From an uncultured SAR86 cluster bacterium (GTDB lineage Bacteria > Pseudomonadota > Gammaproteobacteria > Magnimaribacterales > D2472): DNA of 64,000 bases. Below, piece after piece: positions 46,893 to 56,743 of this stretch. Every line of letters begins with the position of its first letter. The stretch's first letter is position 1. The notes beneath the pieces are model-generated. The model saw nothing but the letters and a program-made list of their open reading frames with translations, was not told where the DNA came from and did not search any database. Where the stretch lies: assembly GCA_902559345.1 (NCBI GenBank), contig CACEHH010000001.1, forward strand, positions 34,730 through 98,729, written 5' to 3'. The position numbers were made by a program, and so were the translations under genes.

Positions 46893-48281
46893 TTACTTAC
46901 CTTCTGCTCTTTCAGCGAGAATACCAGTACTTTGTTCCTCAAGAACACTAATTATTCCTTTAGCAGATGAAGCTGTAAAAGAGTGAAGTAGTGTTGTCGG
47001 GATCGCAACTAGCAGACCTAAAACAGTAGTCACAAGCGCTTGTGAAATACCTCCAGCCATTAATTTTGGATCTCCTGTTCCATAGAGCGTGATCATTTGG
47101 AATGTAACAATCATTCCAGTAACAGTACCAAGCAATCCTGCAAGAGGGGCTACTACAGAAATAATTCTAACTGCGCCAATTCCTCTTTCAATTGATGGTC
47201 TTTCTGCCATTATTGCCTCAGCAAGTTTTAGCTCTAACGTATCAATATCCTTTTTAAAGTTCTCTTCGCCAACTTTTAATACTCTTCCTAAAGGGTTTCT
47301 TGCATCAAGAGTTTTCGATCCTGCTTGAGCTCTTACAGCTTTACCTAAAACAAAAAGACTCCAAAGTTTCCAAAACGCCAATCCAATACCAATAAGACCA
47401 ACAAATATGATTGCGTAACCAACTTCCCTACCCTGAGCAGCTCTTTCTGCCAAAGATGGGGTCTGTATAAGATTAGCCAAAAGGCTTCCGCCTGTCGGGC
47501 CAGTTGGATCTACTCCAAATTTAACTTGTTCATCAATTTCAGCTTGACCAATTTTCTTTGCAGTTTTTGTGTAACGTCCTGCTGGCTGCCTTGGTAAAAA
47601 TGCATATTCACCAGTAGCCGCTACGTACTCTAAGTATTTGCCGTCACAAACCGCATTAAACAAACCTACTCTTGTAACATTACAGTTAGATGATTCTCCA
47701 TCCACATCTACAACAACAGCATCAAATGAAACTACCTGACCACTAGCAACCATTTCTCTTTGAAGCTCATACCATAGACCTTCAATTTCTCTAATAGTTG
47801 GTAATTCAGTTGTTTCTGACATTTTTGAAGTCAAATCGTTTAAAAAATCTACTCTATCCAAGCCATATTCGGCACTTGTTAAAGATCCTGAGAATTGTAC
47901 AGCGGCCTCTCCAGCAGAACTTTGCAAATGTCCAAATAATTCTACTAAAGATCCAAGCTCCTTCTGATATGCTTCTTCTTTAACTCTAAGAATTTCTTCA
48001 TTCTTTTTGTATTCGGCCTCAAGCTGATCAGCAATTCTTTCTTGTCTAGCAAGTTCTCTTTTTTCAGCTGCTAAAATTTCTGCTTGTTTATTCTTATTTG
48101 CCATAAATCTAGCTTCTCTTTTAGAATTCTCAGATTGCTCTTTTGTCTTTCCTTCTTTAACTAATAACAGTAAAGCTTCTACTGTTGAAACTTCTGTTGC
48201 CTCTTCATCTGCATCTTGAGAAAATATATAACCATTAAATGATAAAGATAAAAGAAATAAAATTGATAAATACTTATTCAT
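46893..48281 (-). CDS. ttpC: Long MotA/TolQ/ExbB-family protein with periplasmic coiled-coil N-domain (TtpC-like)
   Basis: 462 aa with a signal peptide, a long coiled coil, and a C-terminal APLAGLLGTVTGMIVTFQ channel domain. Confidence 0.75.
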   Translation of the reverse strand: MNKYLSILFLLSLSFNGYIFSQDADEEATEVSTVEALLLLVKEGKTKEQSENSKREARFMANKNKQAEILAAEKRELARQERIADQLEAEYKKNEEILRVKEEAYQKELGSLVELFGHLQSSAGEAAVQFSGSLTSAEYGLDRVDFLNDLTSKMSETTELPTIREIEGLWYELQREMVASGQVVSFDAVVVDVDGESSNCNVTRVGLFNAVCDGKYLEYVAATGEYAFLPRQPAGRYTKTAKKIGQAEIDEQVKFGVDPTGPTGGSLLANLIQTPSLAERAAQGREVGYAIIFVGLIGIGLAFWKLWSLFVLGKAVRAQAGSKTLDARNPLGRVLKVGEENFKKDIDTLELKLAEAIMAERPSIERGIGAVRIISVVAPLAGLLGTVTGMIVTFQMITLYGTGDPKLMAGGISQALVTTVLGLLVAIPTTLLHSFTASSAKGIISVLEEQSTGILAERAEGK

Positions 48282-49063
48282 TATACTTCTCCTTTAACAA
48301 CTGGCATTAGTAGCATATCTGTAGGGATTAGCTTTTTAGCCATTCTTATTCCATCGCGAATTGGTTTTCTATAACTACTTGGCAGTTCTTCCCAACCAAT
48401 TATTTCTCCGGTTACTGGATCAGTATTGTTATTCCATATTCCACTAGTTCTCTCATCTTTAGTTTGATAAAACATGCCTATTCTTCCAATAACAAGAATA
48501 TTTACATTTGTCCCATCTGCTAATTTATCTTCATAAGTATCTATCTTTCGTCCATACTCGGCTTCGATATTGTAAGCTTCTAATACTTGTCTTACCTGTT
48601 CAGATGCAGTTACTTTTGGTTTTGATAATGAGGACCTCACTAAGTCAATTCTACCCCTTCTTTCTTCTTCTCTAAATGGAGTATCTAATACAATAAATGT
48701 CTCCAAAGTATCTAGCATCTTCTCAGCAAGAGGCGGTATTTGTCTTTGCATTACAACTACCTGAACTAATTGCTCGTCAAGCTTATCCATGAGATCAAGC
48801 TGAGCTTGAATCTGGATTCTTTTTTGTTCGTTATATAGTTTAAGACCCTCAACCTGTTTTGAAACAACCTTATACTCATTAACTATTTTGTCTGTTTGTC
48901 TTTCTGTTTGATCAATATTACTTTGTGATGTTGCAGAAAGCGTTTGATTTTCTCTACCTACTTCTAAAATACTTTCCATGTTGACTTCAACCTCATTTGA
49001 TATAACAAATGTGCTGAAGCAAAAAAGTACGGGCAAAGATATTCCCTTTATATATTTAAGCAT
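48281..49063 (-). CDS. ttpB: DUF3450-family periplasmic protein (TtpB-like)
   Basis: 260 aa with a signal peptide, a coiled coil, and PF-EEERRGRI...AEYGRKIDTY. It is the first gene of the cluster. Confidence 0.65.
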   Translation of the reverse strand: MLKYIKGISLPVLFCFSTFVISNEVEVNMESILEVGRENQTLSATSQSNIDQTERQTDKIVNEYKVVSKQVEGLKLYNEQKRIQIQAQLDLMDKLDEQLVQVVVMQRQIPPLAEKMLDTLETFIVLDTPFREEERRGRIDLVRSSLSKPKVTASEQVRQVLEAYNIEAEYGRKIDTYEDKLADGTNVNILVIGRIGMFYQTKDERTSGIWNNNTDPVTGEIIGWEELPSSYRKPIRDGIRMAKKLIPTDMLLMPVVKGEV

Positions 49064-49212
49064 TATGTGTACTCCCTAAAGTTTGATAATGTTAACAGCC
49101 TAAGCTTAATAAATAAATTATTTTTAATTCTTTTTTTTATATAGTAAATATATAAAAAAAGGTATTTTCTATATATTTATTGTATATTTTTTATAACTAT
49201 TTTGAAATCTTG

Positions 49213-50061
49213 TTATTTTGTAAGCTTTAAGAATAACACTGGGGTATCTTTCTTATATTGTTTATATGATTCATCTTCGCCCCACTTGATATCACTTCTT
49301 GCTTCTAACATTCTTACGCCGCTTACATAAACAAGCAATAAGTAAGTAAAAATAGGAGATATAAGTGTTAAGTATTGAAGCCCTTCTAATGAAGAAAATG
49401 ACATAACTGCTATACCAGTCCACAAAACAATTTCCCCAAAATAGTTAGGATGTCTTGATTTTCCCCAAAGACCTGATGTAATGAATTTATCCTTGTTTTC
49501 AGGTAATGATCTAAATTCTGTTTTTTGTCTGTCTGCGATAATTTCAATTGAGAAACCTAAGACAAATAATGCTAGTCCAATAAAGAAGAAAGCATTAATC
49601 TCTAAACCAGTTGATAAAGCTGTTATAGCGCACATCGAACAAAGCGATACCCATAGCCCCTGAAGAGTCCATGTCATAAAAAATTGTGTTGCAGATGGTT
49701 TAATGCTTCTAAATCTTTTGTCTTCACCATCTTTATGTATTCTTAAAAATAAGAAGGATCCAAGCCTTATTGCCCAAAAAGTAATTAGAATGACAATTAA
49801 AAGGTTTTTTAACTCAAGATTGGCAAAATAATTTGAAGACTGTGCTAATGAGTACCAGATTACTGATAAATAAGTGAGGCTTCCCGTTAGGTCATAAAAT
49901 TTTTCAGTTTGAAAAACGTATGCAGGTATAAATGCAACCCATTGAATTATAAAGGCTAAAACAACAGCCCTAAATACTATATCAACACCAGTTGCAGCGG
50001 CTATTGAAATAGCTATAAAAAATACTATTAAAGATATCAGTAAATTAATTATTGCTTTCAT
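49213..50061 (-). CDS. DUF1295 / steroid-5-alpha-reductase-like membrane protein
   Basis: It is polytopic with the SRHPNYFGEIVLWTG motif. The ATG at 50061 leaves a 2-nt gap to the upstream gene. Confidence 0.7.
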   Translation of the reverse strand: MKAIINLLISLIVFFIAISIAAATGVDIVFRAVVLAFIIQWVAFIPAYVFQTEKFYDLTGSLTYLSVIWYSLAQSSNYFANLELKNLLIVILITFWAIRLGSFLFLRIHKDGEDKRFRSIKPSATQFFMTWTLQGLWVSLCSMCAITALSTGLEINAFFFIGLALFVLGFSIEIIADRQKTEFRSLPENKDKFITSGLWGKSRHPNYFGEIVLWTGIAVMSFSSLEGLQYLTLISPIFTYLLLVYVSGVRMLEARSDIKWGEDESYKQYKKDTPVLFLKLTK

Positions 50062-50063
50062 TA

Positions 50064-51878
50064 TTAATTCCACCCACAAACTCTATCTTGATTTTGTTCA
50101 TCCAGCCATTCTTTTAAAGGAGCATAATAATTTAGAATTGAAGTACCACTCAACTTTCTAGAACCAGTGATATTTTCGAAGGCATCCTGCCATGGCAGAC
50201 TTTCCCCCATCGCCATAGTGGAAATTATTTTTTCTCCTGCATCTTTATTACCATATATTGAGCATTCATGAAGATATCCATCAAAATTTATTTGATTACA
50301 TAAAGCTTCATGAAATTGATACTGCATAATTCTAGCTAAATAGTATCGAGTATAAGGAGTGTTGCCAGGAATGTGATATTTTGCGCCTGGATCAAAGTAT
50401 TCCTCTGTCCTATCATCGCTTGTACCGATACCTTGATATTCTTCTCTTAATTGCCACCACAATGTGTTTAATTCATCTTCTTTAATATCACCATTAAAAA
50501 CACCAGATCTCCATTTGTCTAGCATTAATGCCCATGGAACTACAACAACACCTTCTAATGCCTGTTTCATCAATAAACCAATTGGATCTTCTTTTGCAAT
50601 ATTTGCTTGTTCTTCTGAGATAAAGTCAATTTTAGTTAAATAATCTGGGGTTATAGATAAAGTTAACAAATCACCAAATGCTTCATGAAAACCATCATTA
50701 GCCCCTCCCTGAAAAAGGGTTGGTAAATGATTGTATGCCTGATAATAAAAAATATGTCCTAACTCATGATGGATGGTAATAAAATCTTCTTCATTTCTTT
50801 CGATACACATTTTTATCCTGAGATCATTATTTGCTGGATCTAAATTCCATGCTGAAGCATGACATACTACTGATCTATCTCTTGGTTTTACGAATAATGA
50901 TCTTTCCCAAAATGTTTCTGGTAAAGGATCAAAACCAATAGAAATAAAGAAATCCTCTGCGTATTCAACCATTTGTATTTCATTTATATTTTTATCAGCA
51001 ATTATTTTTGTTACGTCTACTGAATTTGAATTTGATTCTTCTGTATATACTAGATCATATATATTAGACCATGATTGTCCCCACATGTTCCCCAATAGGT
51101 GAACAGGCAATGGTCCTGATTCAGAAACAATTTCATCGCCGTAGTAATCATTTAGCTTAGCTCTTACATGGCAATGAAGTGCATCATACAAAGGTTTGAC
51201 CTCTTCCCAAACTCGATCGGTCTCATCTAAGAATTCATCAGCCGGCATATCATATTTGCTAAACCACAAGTCACTTAATCCTTCGTAACCAAGATCCTTA
51301 GAGCCCTCATTCCCAATTTCAACCATACGCATGTACATAGGTTTCATAGGCTTTCCGATTTCATGCCATCCTTTCCATGCTTTTAAAAGCTCATCAGGAT
51401 CTCTTGAGTTATCAATTATTGATTCAAAAGCCTCTAAGTCATAACAAGCGCCATCTTCATAGCAATATTCACCTGTGCCGTACATCGCTTCAAGCCCAGT
51501 TGAAATTTGTGATAATTCTGAAGCCAAAGTTTTGTCTAATGGAGGAGGCATAACAAAAGAGCTCTTAAGAATACTTAGCATTCTTTTATTCTCGGGTGAT
51601 GTGTCTAAATTATCAAAATTAGAGGCTTGTCTTGATCGTTCTAAAGATTTTAAAGTATATCTAGTACCATAATCTGCTATCACCTTTTGAGAATCGTATG
51701 TAATAAAGTTTGAACTTATCCAAGAAGCAGAGTAAATAACTGGTCCGTCTTTCTTATTTTCTTCTTCTACCAATGCTAAAAAGTTCTCTAAATCTTCTAT
51801 TTTATGAGTTTGTTCGCCACCAGGAGCACAAGAAGCTACAATTAAAGATAATAAAACTGTATATAAAAAATTTTTCAT
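50064..51878 (-). CDS. Peptidyl-dipeptidase A, M2 (ACE-like) zinc metallopeptidase, lipoprotein
   Basis: It has the lipobox LIVASC, the zinc motif HHELGH, and the downstream HEAFGD (the M2 signature HExxH...EAxGD). Confidence 0.8.
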   Translation of the reverse strand: MKNFLYTVLLSLIVASCAPGGEQTHKIEDLENFLALVEEENKKDGPVIYSASWISSNFITYDSQKVIADYGTRYTLKSLERSRQASNFDNLDTSPENKRMLSILKSSFVMPPPLDKTLASELSQISTGLEAMYGTGEYCYEDGACYDLEAFESIIDNSRDPDELLKAWKGWHEIGKPMKPMYMRMVEIGNEGSKDLGYEGLSDLWFSKYDMPADEFLDETDRVWEEVKPLYDALHCHVRAKLNDYYGDEIVSESGPLPVHLLGNMWGQSWSNIYDLVYTEESNSNSVDVTKIIADKNINEIQMVEYAEDFFISIGFDPLPETFWERSLFVKPRDRSVVCHASAWNLDPANNDLRIKMCIERNEEDFITIHHELGHIFYYQAYNHLPTLFQGGANDGFHEAFGDLLTLSITPDYLTKIDFISEEQANIAKEDPIGLLMKQALEGVVVVPWALMLDKWRSGVFNGDIKEDELNTLWWQLREEYQGIGTSDDRTEEYFDPGAKYHIPGNTPYTRYYLARIMQYQFHEALCNQINFDGYLHECSIYGNKDAGEKIISTMAMGESLPWQDAFENITGSRKLSGTSILNYYAPLKEWLDEQNQDRVCGWN

Positions 51879-51920
51879 TTGGTTACCTCGCTATTAAAAT
51901 AACATAAAAATAAATTTATT

Positions 51921-52487
51921 ATGAAAATTTCAACAAACCAATTCAAGAATGGTACTAAATTAATAATTGATAATGCGCCCTGTTCAATTGTAGAACATGA
52001 GTTTCATAAGCCAGGAAAAGGTCAAGCCGTCATGAGGGTGAAATACAAAAATCTATTGACAGGAAATACGAATGATAAAACATTCAAATCTGGGGAAAGT
52101 GCAGAAGCTGCTGATATAAATCATACAGAGATGGAGTTTCTTTATCATGATAATAACTCTTGGCACTTTATGGATACAAATACTTTTGATCAGATTGAAA
52201 TAAGCTCTTCACAAATGGGAGATTCAAAGAAATGGCTTGTTGGACAAGAGGTCTGCGAAATTATTCTTTGGGATGGTCGCCCAATCTCAGTTAATCCTCC
52301 AGTTATTGTAGAATTAAGAATCATAAGCGCAGAGCCTGGAGTTAAAGGTGATACTGTCTCTGGTGCAACAAAAAATGCAACTCTTGAAACAAATGTTGAA
52401 ATTCAGGTTCCATTGTTTGTAAATGAAAATGAATTAATCAAAGTTGATACCAGAGATATGACTTATGTTGGGAGAGCAAAATCTTGA
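51921..52487 (+). CDS. efp: Elongation factor P
   Basis: It has the KPGKGQA loop (Lys-type modification site). 188 aa. Confidence 0.93.
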   Translation: MKISTNQFKNGTKLIIDNAPCSIVEHEFHKPGKGQAVMRVKYKNLLTGNTNDKTFKSGESAEAADINHTEMEFLYHDNNSWHFMDTNTFDQIEISSSQMGDSKKWLVGQEVCEIILWDGRPISVNPPVIVELRIISAEPGVKGDTVSGATKNATLETNVEIQVPLFVNENELIKVDTRDMTYVGRAKS

Positions 52488-54226
52488 TAGAGGCAGTTAA
52501 CAAACAAATTAAATTATTTTTGACATCAATTGAAGGAAGCAGCAATGATTCTACTCAAGCAATTCTAAATAAATTCACGACTTCGATTTCCGAAGATTTA
52601 AAAAACGGCCACCTAACTACAAACGTTTGTATGGTTGCAGCAAGTATTTTAAGACTTAACCCAAAAGAGCTAGCAGAGAATCTTGAAAAATCTCTAAAAA
52701 AGCTAAATAAATTTAAAAAGGTTGAAGTTGCAGGGCCTGGCTTTGTGAATATCACCCTTCATAGAGAAGATTTTGTCTCAATAATTAAAGAAATAATGAA
52801 ACTCGAAGAAGATTTTGGTAAATCTGATATAGGTAATAAAAAAAGGGTTCAAATTGAATTTGTTTCGGCCAATCCTACTGGACCATTACATGTTGGACAT
52901 GGAAGAGGTGCAGCATATGGAGATGCTATTGGCAGAATATTAAAATCTACAGGCCATTATGTCGAGAAAGAATATTATATTAATGACGCTGGCAGACAAA
53001 TCGACATTCTTACAGCTAGTGTTTTATTGAAGATAATCCAAAAAGAAATTAATGATTTTTTCCCACAAAATGCTTATAAGGGTACCTATATAGAATTGAT
53101 AGGAAAGGATTTTCTTCAAAATAATAAAATTAAATATAATGACATTGGCATCTTAACCAAAAACCTTGCAAGCGATCCTGAAAAAGAAATAGATCAAATC
53201 ATAGTTAATCTTAAAGAAATGGATATTGAAATATGGAACTTGGCAAAAGCCTTTTCTCTTAAAAGTATAATAGATTCAATTAAATCTGATTTAAAAGAAT
53301 TTAATGTAAATTTTGACAATTGGTTTGAAGAATCGTCTCTAGGATCATTAGAAAGCCCCGTTTCTGAAATTACTAAATCAATTAATAAATTAAAACAAGA
53401 TGAAGAAGCGTATGAGAAGGATGGCGCTATATGGCTAAATACTGATTCAAGTGGAGATGATAAACACCGAGTCTTAATAAGAGATGATGGGAGAGCAACT
53501 TACTTTGCTTCTGATGTTGCATACCATAAAAATAAAGTTGATAGAGGTTTTGATAGCCTGATAAATGTATGGGGAGCCGATCATCATGGTTACATAAAAA
53601 GAATTGAAGCATCTATTGAAGCTTTAGGTTCAAGTAAAGAAATACTTAAAGTAAAACTTGTTCAATTTGCAAACCTATTTAAATCTGGGAAGAAGGTAAA
53701 GATGTCTACTAGATCGGGAGAATTTTTTACATTGAGGGACCTTATAGGAGATATTGGTACAGATGCTGCGAGATTTTATTATTTATCAAAACAGGCTGAT
53801 CAACATCTTGATTTTGATTTAGATCTAGCAAAATCGGATAGCAAAGAAAATATTTTTTATTACATTCAATATGCTCATGCTCGAATTTTCTCTCTTGAAA
53901 AGAAATTTAAAGAAACTCATTCAAATTTAAAAATGAATATTGATTCTATTAAAAATAATGGCTATAAAAAATGTGATGTTCTTATTCATGAAATTTCTAA
54001 ATATCCTAATATTATTAATAAATCTTCGCGCACCCTTCAACCACACATAATTATCTTTTATTTGAGAGATTTATCTCAGTTATTCCATAGCTACTACAAT
54101 GACAATCATGTTCTTTCTGAATCGGAAGAAAATATACAATCAATTATTTTTTGTTTATCAGCGGTTAAGCAAACTATTGCAAATGGGCTTAAAGTATTAG
54201 GCATTACACCTATGCAAAAAATGTAA
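52484..54226 (+). CDS. argS: Arginine-tRNA ligase
   Basis: It has SANPTGPLHVGHGR (HIGH region), the KMSTRSG loop, and a C-terminal anticodon-binding domain. TTG start overlaps the efp stop. Confidence 0.92.
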   Translation: MIEAVNKQIKLFLTSIEGSSNDSTQAILNKFTTSISEDLKNGHLTTNVCMVAASILRLNPKELAENLEKSLKKLNKFKKVEVAGPGFVNITLHREDFVSIIKEIMKLEEDFGKSDIGNKKRVQIEFVSANPTGPLHVGHGRGAAYGDAIGRILKSTGHYVEKEYYINDAGRQIDILTASVLLKIIQKEINDFFPQNAYKGTYIELIGKDFLQNNKIKYNDIGILTKNLASDPEKEIDQIIVNLKEMDIEIWNLAKAFSLKSIIDSIKSDLKEFNVNFDNWFEESSLGSLESPVSEITKSINKLKQDEEAYEKDGAIWLNTDSSGDDKHRVLIRDDGRATYFASDVAYHKNKVDRGFDSLINVWGADHHGYIKRIEASIEALGSSKEILKVKLVQFANLFKSGKKVKMSTRSGEFFTLRDLIGDIGTDAARFYYLSKQADQHLDFDLDLAKSDSKENIFYYIQYAHARIFSLEKKFKETHSNLKMNIDSIKNNGYKKCDVLIHEISKYPNIINKSSRTLQPHIIIFYLRDLSQLFHSYYNDNHVLSESEENIQSIIFCLSAVKQTIANGLKVLGITPMQKM

Positions 54227-54230
54227 AGAT

Positions 54231-54767
54231 ATGAAAGATTTTGCAAATAGGAAAAAAGTTAAAAAAAATATATCTAAAAATAGGCAGACATTTGGCTCAA
54301 GGAAACCAGATGCTAACACTATATCTAAAAAGACTATAGCTTATCTGCTATTAACTAGTGTGTGTTTCGTAGTTGTAGCATTCTTTTATTTTAAAACAGA
54401 TGTTGTCTCAATTAAGCCAAAAAATTTGGGTAACTCAGTGACAATTGACTTTCCAACATCTTTAATAAATCAGGGCATTTTGATAGAAAGTCAGAGTTCT
54501 GATCAGAAACCTTTATTATGTGAATACTTTGTTCAGGTTGGAGCATATGGTAATAAAAAATATGCTCTAGAGGCAGAAAATATGCTCAAGTCTGAAATTC
54601 AAAATATTTCAATTAATGGAGTATATAGCTCAAGCAATCCAGGAAGATTATTACATAGTGTTATATCTGGTCCATACGAAAACAGATCAGCGGCAAGCAA
54701 TGCAAAAGAAAAAATTACTAAAAAGGGTTTTGATCCTCGACTTAGAACATCATGCGAACAAACATAG
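54231..54767 (+). CDS. SPOR-domain cell-division protein
   Basis: It has a basic N-terminus, one TM helix, and a C-terminal SPOR repeat (FVQVGAYGNKKYA ... ISGPYENRSAA). Confidence 0.7.
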   Translation: MKDFANRKKVKKNISKNRQTFGSRKPDANTISKKTIAYLLLTSVCFVVVAFFYFKTDVVSIKPKNLGNSVTIDFPTSLINQGILIESQSSDQKPLLCEYFVQVGAYGNKKYALEAENMLKSEIQNISINGVYSSSNPGRLLHSVISGPYENRSAASNAKEKITKKGFDPRLRTSCEQT

Positions 54768-55438
54768 CTAAAAATATTGATAATATAAAAGATCAAATTA
54801 ATTCAGCATGCAAAAATGCTGGTAGAGACTCTGATAAAATAACCTTAATAGCTGTTTCTAAGAAGAAAAGTTATGAGATGATTCAAATAGCTCATAAAAA
54901 AGGAATAAATAATTTTGGTGAAAATTATGCTCAAGAACTTCAAGAAAAAGCATCAAAAATAAGTTCGGCTAATATTATTTGGCACTTTATAGGCCCAATA
55001 CAATCTAATAAGGTGAAGATTATTGCAAAAAATGCTGATTGGGTTCATGCAATAAATAGAGAAAAAATAATTAAAAAGTTGGATCTTGAGTGCAGAGGAT
55101 TAAATAAGATTATAAATGCATGCATTCAAGTCAATATATCTTCAGAAGAATCGAAAAGTGGTTGTAATCCAAAAGATCTTCTAGATATTGCTAAATTAGT
55201 AGAATCTATGAAAAATATTAATTTAAGAGGCATAATGGCTCTCCCAAAAATAACAAATAATAAAATTGAGCAAAAAGAATCAATGCAATTAGTAATAGCC
55301 CTCAGCAAGGAACTTCGATCTTCATTCCCAGATGCTAAATGTATCTCATTGGGTACTACCCATGATTTTAATGATGCATTAATTCATGGATCTACAATGA
55401 TAAGAATTGGTGAGTCTATTTTTGGAAAAAGACAATGA
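54752..55438 (+). CDS. yggS: PLP-homeostasis protein YggS
   Basis: It has LIAVSKKK (the PLP Lys) and FGENYAQE. Confidence 0.88.
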   Translation: MRTNIAKNIDNIKDQINSACKNAGRDSDKITLIAVSKKKSYEMIQIAHKKGINNFGENYAQELQEKASKISSANIIWHFIGPIQSNKVKIIAKNADWVHAINREKIIKKLDLECRGLNKIINACIQVNISSEESKSGCNPKDLLDIAKLVESMKNINLRGIMALPKITNNKIEQKESMQLVIALSKELRSSFPDAKCISLGTTHDFNDALIHGSTMIRIGESIFGKRQ

Positions 55439-56220
55439 AAAATGTAGTTTTCTATGGTGGGGGAAATATCTCCCAAGCGGTAGCAGAAGGCTTGATAAAA
55501 TCTGGCTATGAAAAAAATAAAATTTTTTATGTAGACAGGAATCCAAAGAATAAGCGTATTTTAGAAAAACTTCAGATAAATAATCTTGAAGGTAATAACA
55601 CCGTAAAAGTTGATTTATTCATTCTTGCTGTTAAGCCAAAGGATGCGATAAATGCTTATAAAGAAATATTAAAAAAATATGAAAGACCAAAAATTATAAG
55701 TTTTGTAGCAGGAATAAAATCAAAAAGATATCTAAAAATTAATCAAGATATTGAATTTCTAAGAGCAATGCCAAATACATCTTCAAAATTTAACTTAGGC
55801 ATTACTGCTATATTTAATTCATCATTTAGGAAAAATAATCTAAAGAAGGTGATTTCTCTTTTTAAAAGAATCGGAATGACTATAGAGCTTGAAAAAGAAG
55901 TAAAAATAGATGGCTTTACTGGAATGGTTGGGAGCGGTCCAGCATATTTTTTCTATTTACTTAAGTCTTATGAAAAAAAATTAATGAGTTTGTGCAATAA
56001 AGATAAGAAGAAAGTTAATGATATTATGGTTAATCTCATGAAAGGTATAAGTTTGTCTATTGAGAAAGATAATCTTGATAATTTGATTATGGCCGTAGCA
56101 TCAAAAAAAGGAACAACAGAAGCAGGACTTAAATCCTTTAAATCCAATAAATTAGATAAAATTTTTGAGCAGGGTTTAGACTCAGCTATAAAAAGGTCAA
56201 GGGAAATTTCTGATGAATGA
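55435..56220 (+). CDS. proC: Pyrroline-5-carboxylate reductase
   Basis: It has the Rossmann N-terminus FYGGGNISQA and a C-terminal SKKGTTEAGL. Synteny yggS-proC-yggT. Confidence 0.82.
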   Translation: MKNVVFYGGGNISQAVAEGLIKSGYEKNKIFYVDRNPKNKRILEKLQINNLEGNNTVKVDLFILAVKPKDAINAYKEILKKYERPKIISFVAGIKSKRYLKINQDIEFLRAMPNTSSKFNLGITAIFNSSFRKNNLKKVISLFKRIGMTIELEKEVKIDGFTGMVGSGPAYFFYLLKSYEKKLMSLCNKDKKKVNDIMVNLMKGISLSIEKDNLDNLIMAVASKKGTTEAGLKSFKSNKLDKIFEQGLDSAIKRSREISDE

Positions 56221-56743
56221 CATAGAGATTTTATTAATAGGCAATCCTATATTAAATCTTCTGGGTTACATTTTTGTTATTCTATTGATTTTTAATCTTT
56301 TAAAAGTTAATTATTACAATCCTATTGTTGCTCTGCTTTTAAAAATATATAAACCGATTTCAAAAATATTATTCTTATTTCCAAATCAGATAATTAACAT
56401 CATTATGATATCTTTGGTTATTAAGTTTCTATCTTTGTATGTTTTTGCAGAGGGGCAGGTAGAGATTTTGGTATTGATTGCAGTAGCTGTTATTCAAATC
56501 CTGATAGCAATTTTAAGAATAATCTTCTATGCGGTTATTGGTGGTGTAATAATAAGTTGGGTATCACCAAACAGTTCAAACCCTTTCCTCCAACTAATTG
56601 AAGAAATATCTCATAAGGCTCTTTCTCCTATAAGAAAATATATACCATCAGCAGGAGGTCTAGATTTCTCACCTTTATTTATATTGATATTGGTAAATAT
56701 ATTGGTAGCTTTTTTAATTAATTTATTTATATCTATAGCATGA
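56213..56743 (+). CDS. yggT: YggT-family membrane protein
   Basis: 176 aa with four TM helices. Called by position in the conserved block. Confidence 0.75.
   Translation: MNDIEILLIGNPILNLLGYIFVILLIFNLLKVNYYNPIVALLLKIYKPISKILFLFPNQIINIIMISLVIKFLSLYVFAEGQVEILVLIAVAVIQILIAILRIIFYAVIGGVIISWVSPNSSNPFLQLIEEISHKALSPIRKYIPSAGGLDFSPLFILILVNILVAFLINLFISIA

Noticed and set aside
49085-49103. Fur-box-like GATAATGTTAACAGCCTAA upstream of the TonB cluster
   Set aside because: Only about 10 of 19 positions match GATAATGATAATCATTATC, essentially one half-site. That is easily obtained by chance in AT-rich DNA.
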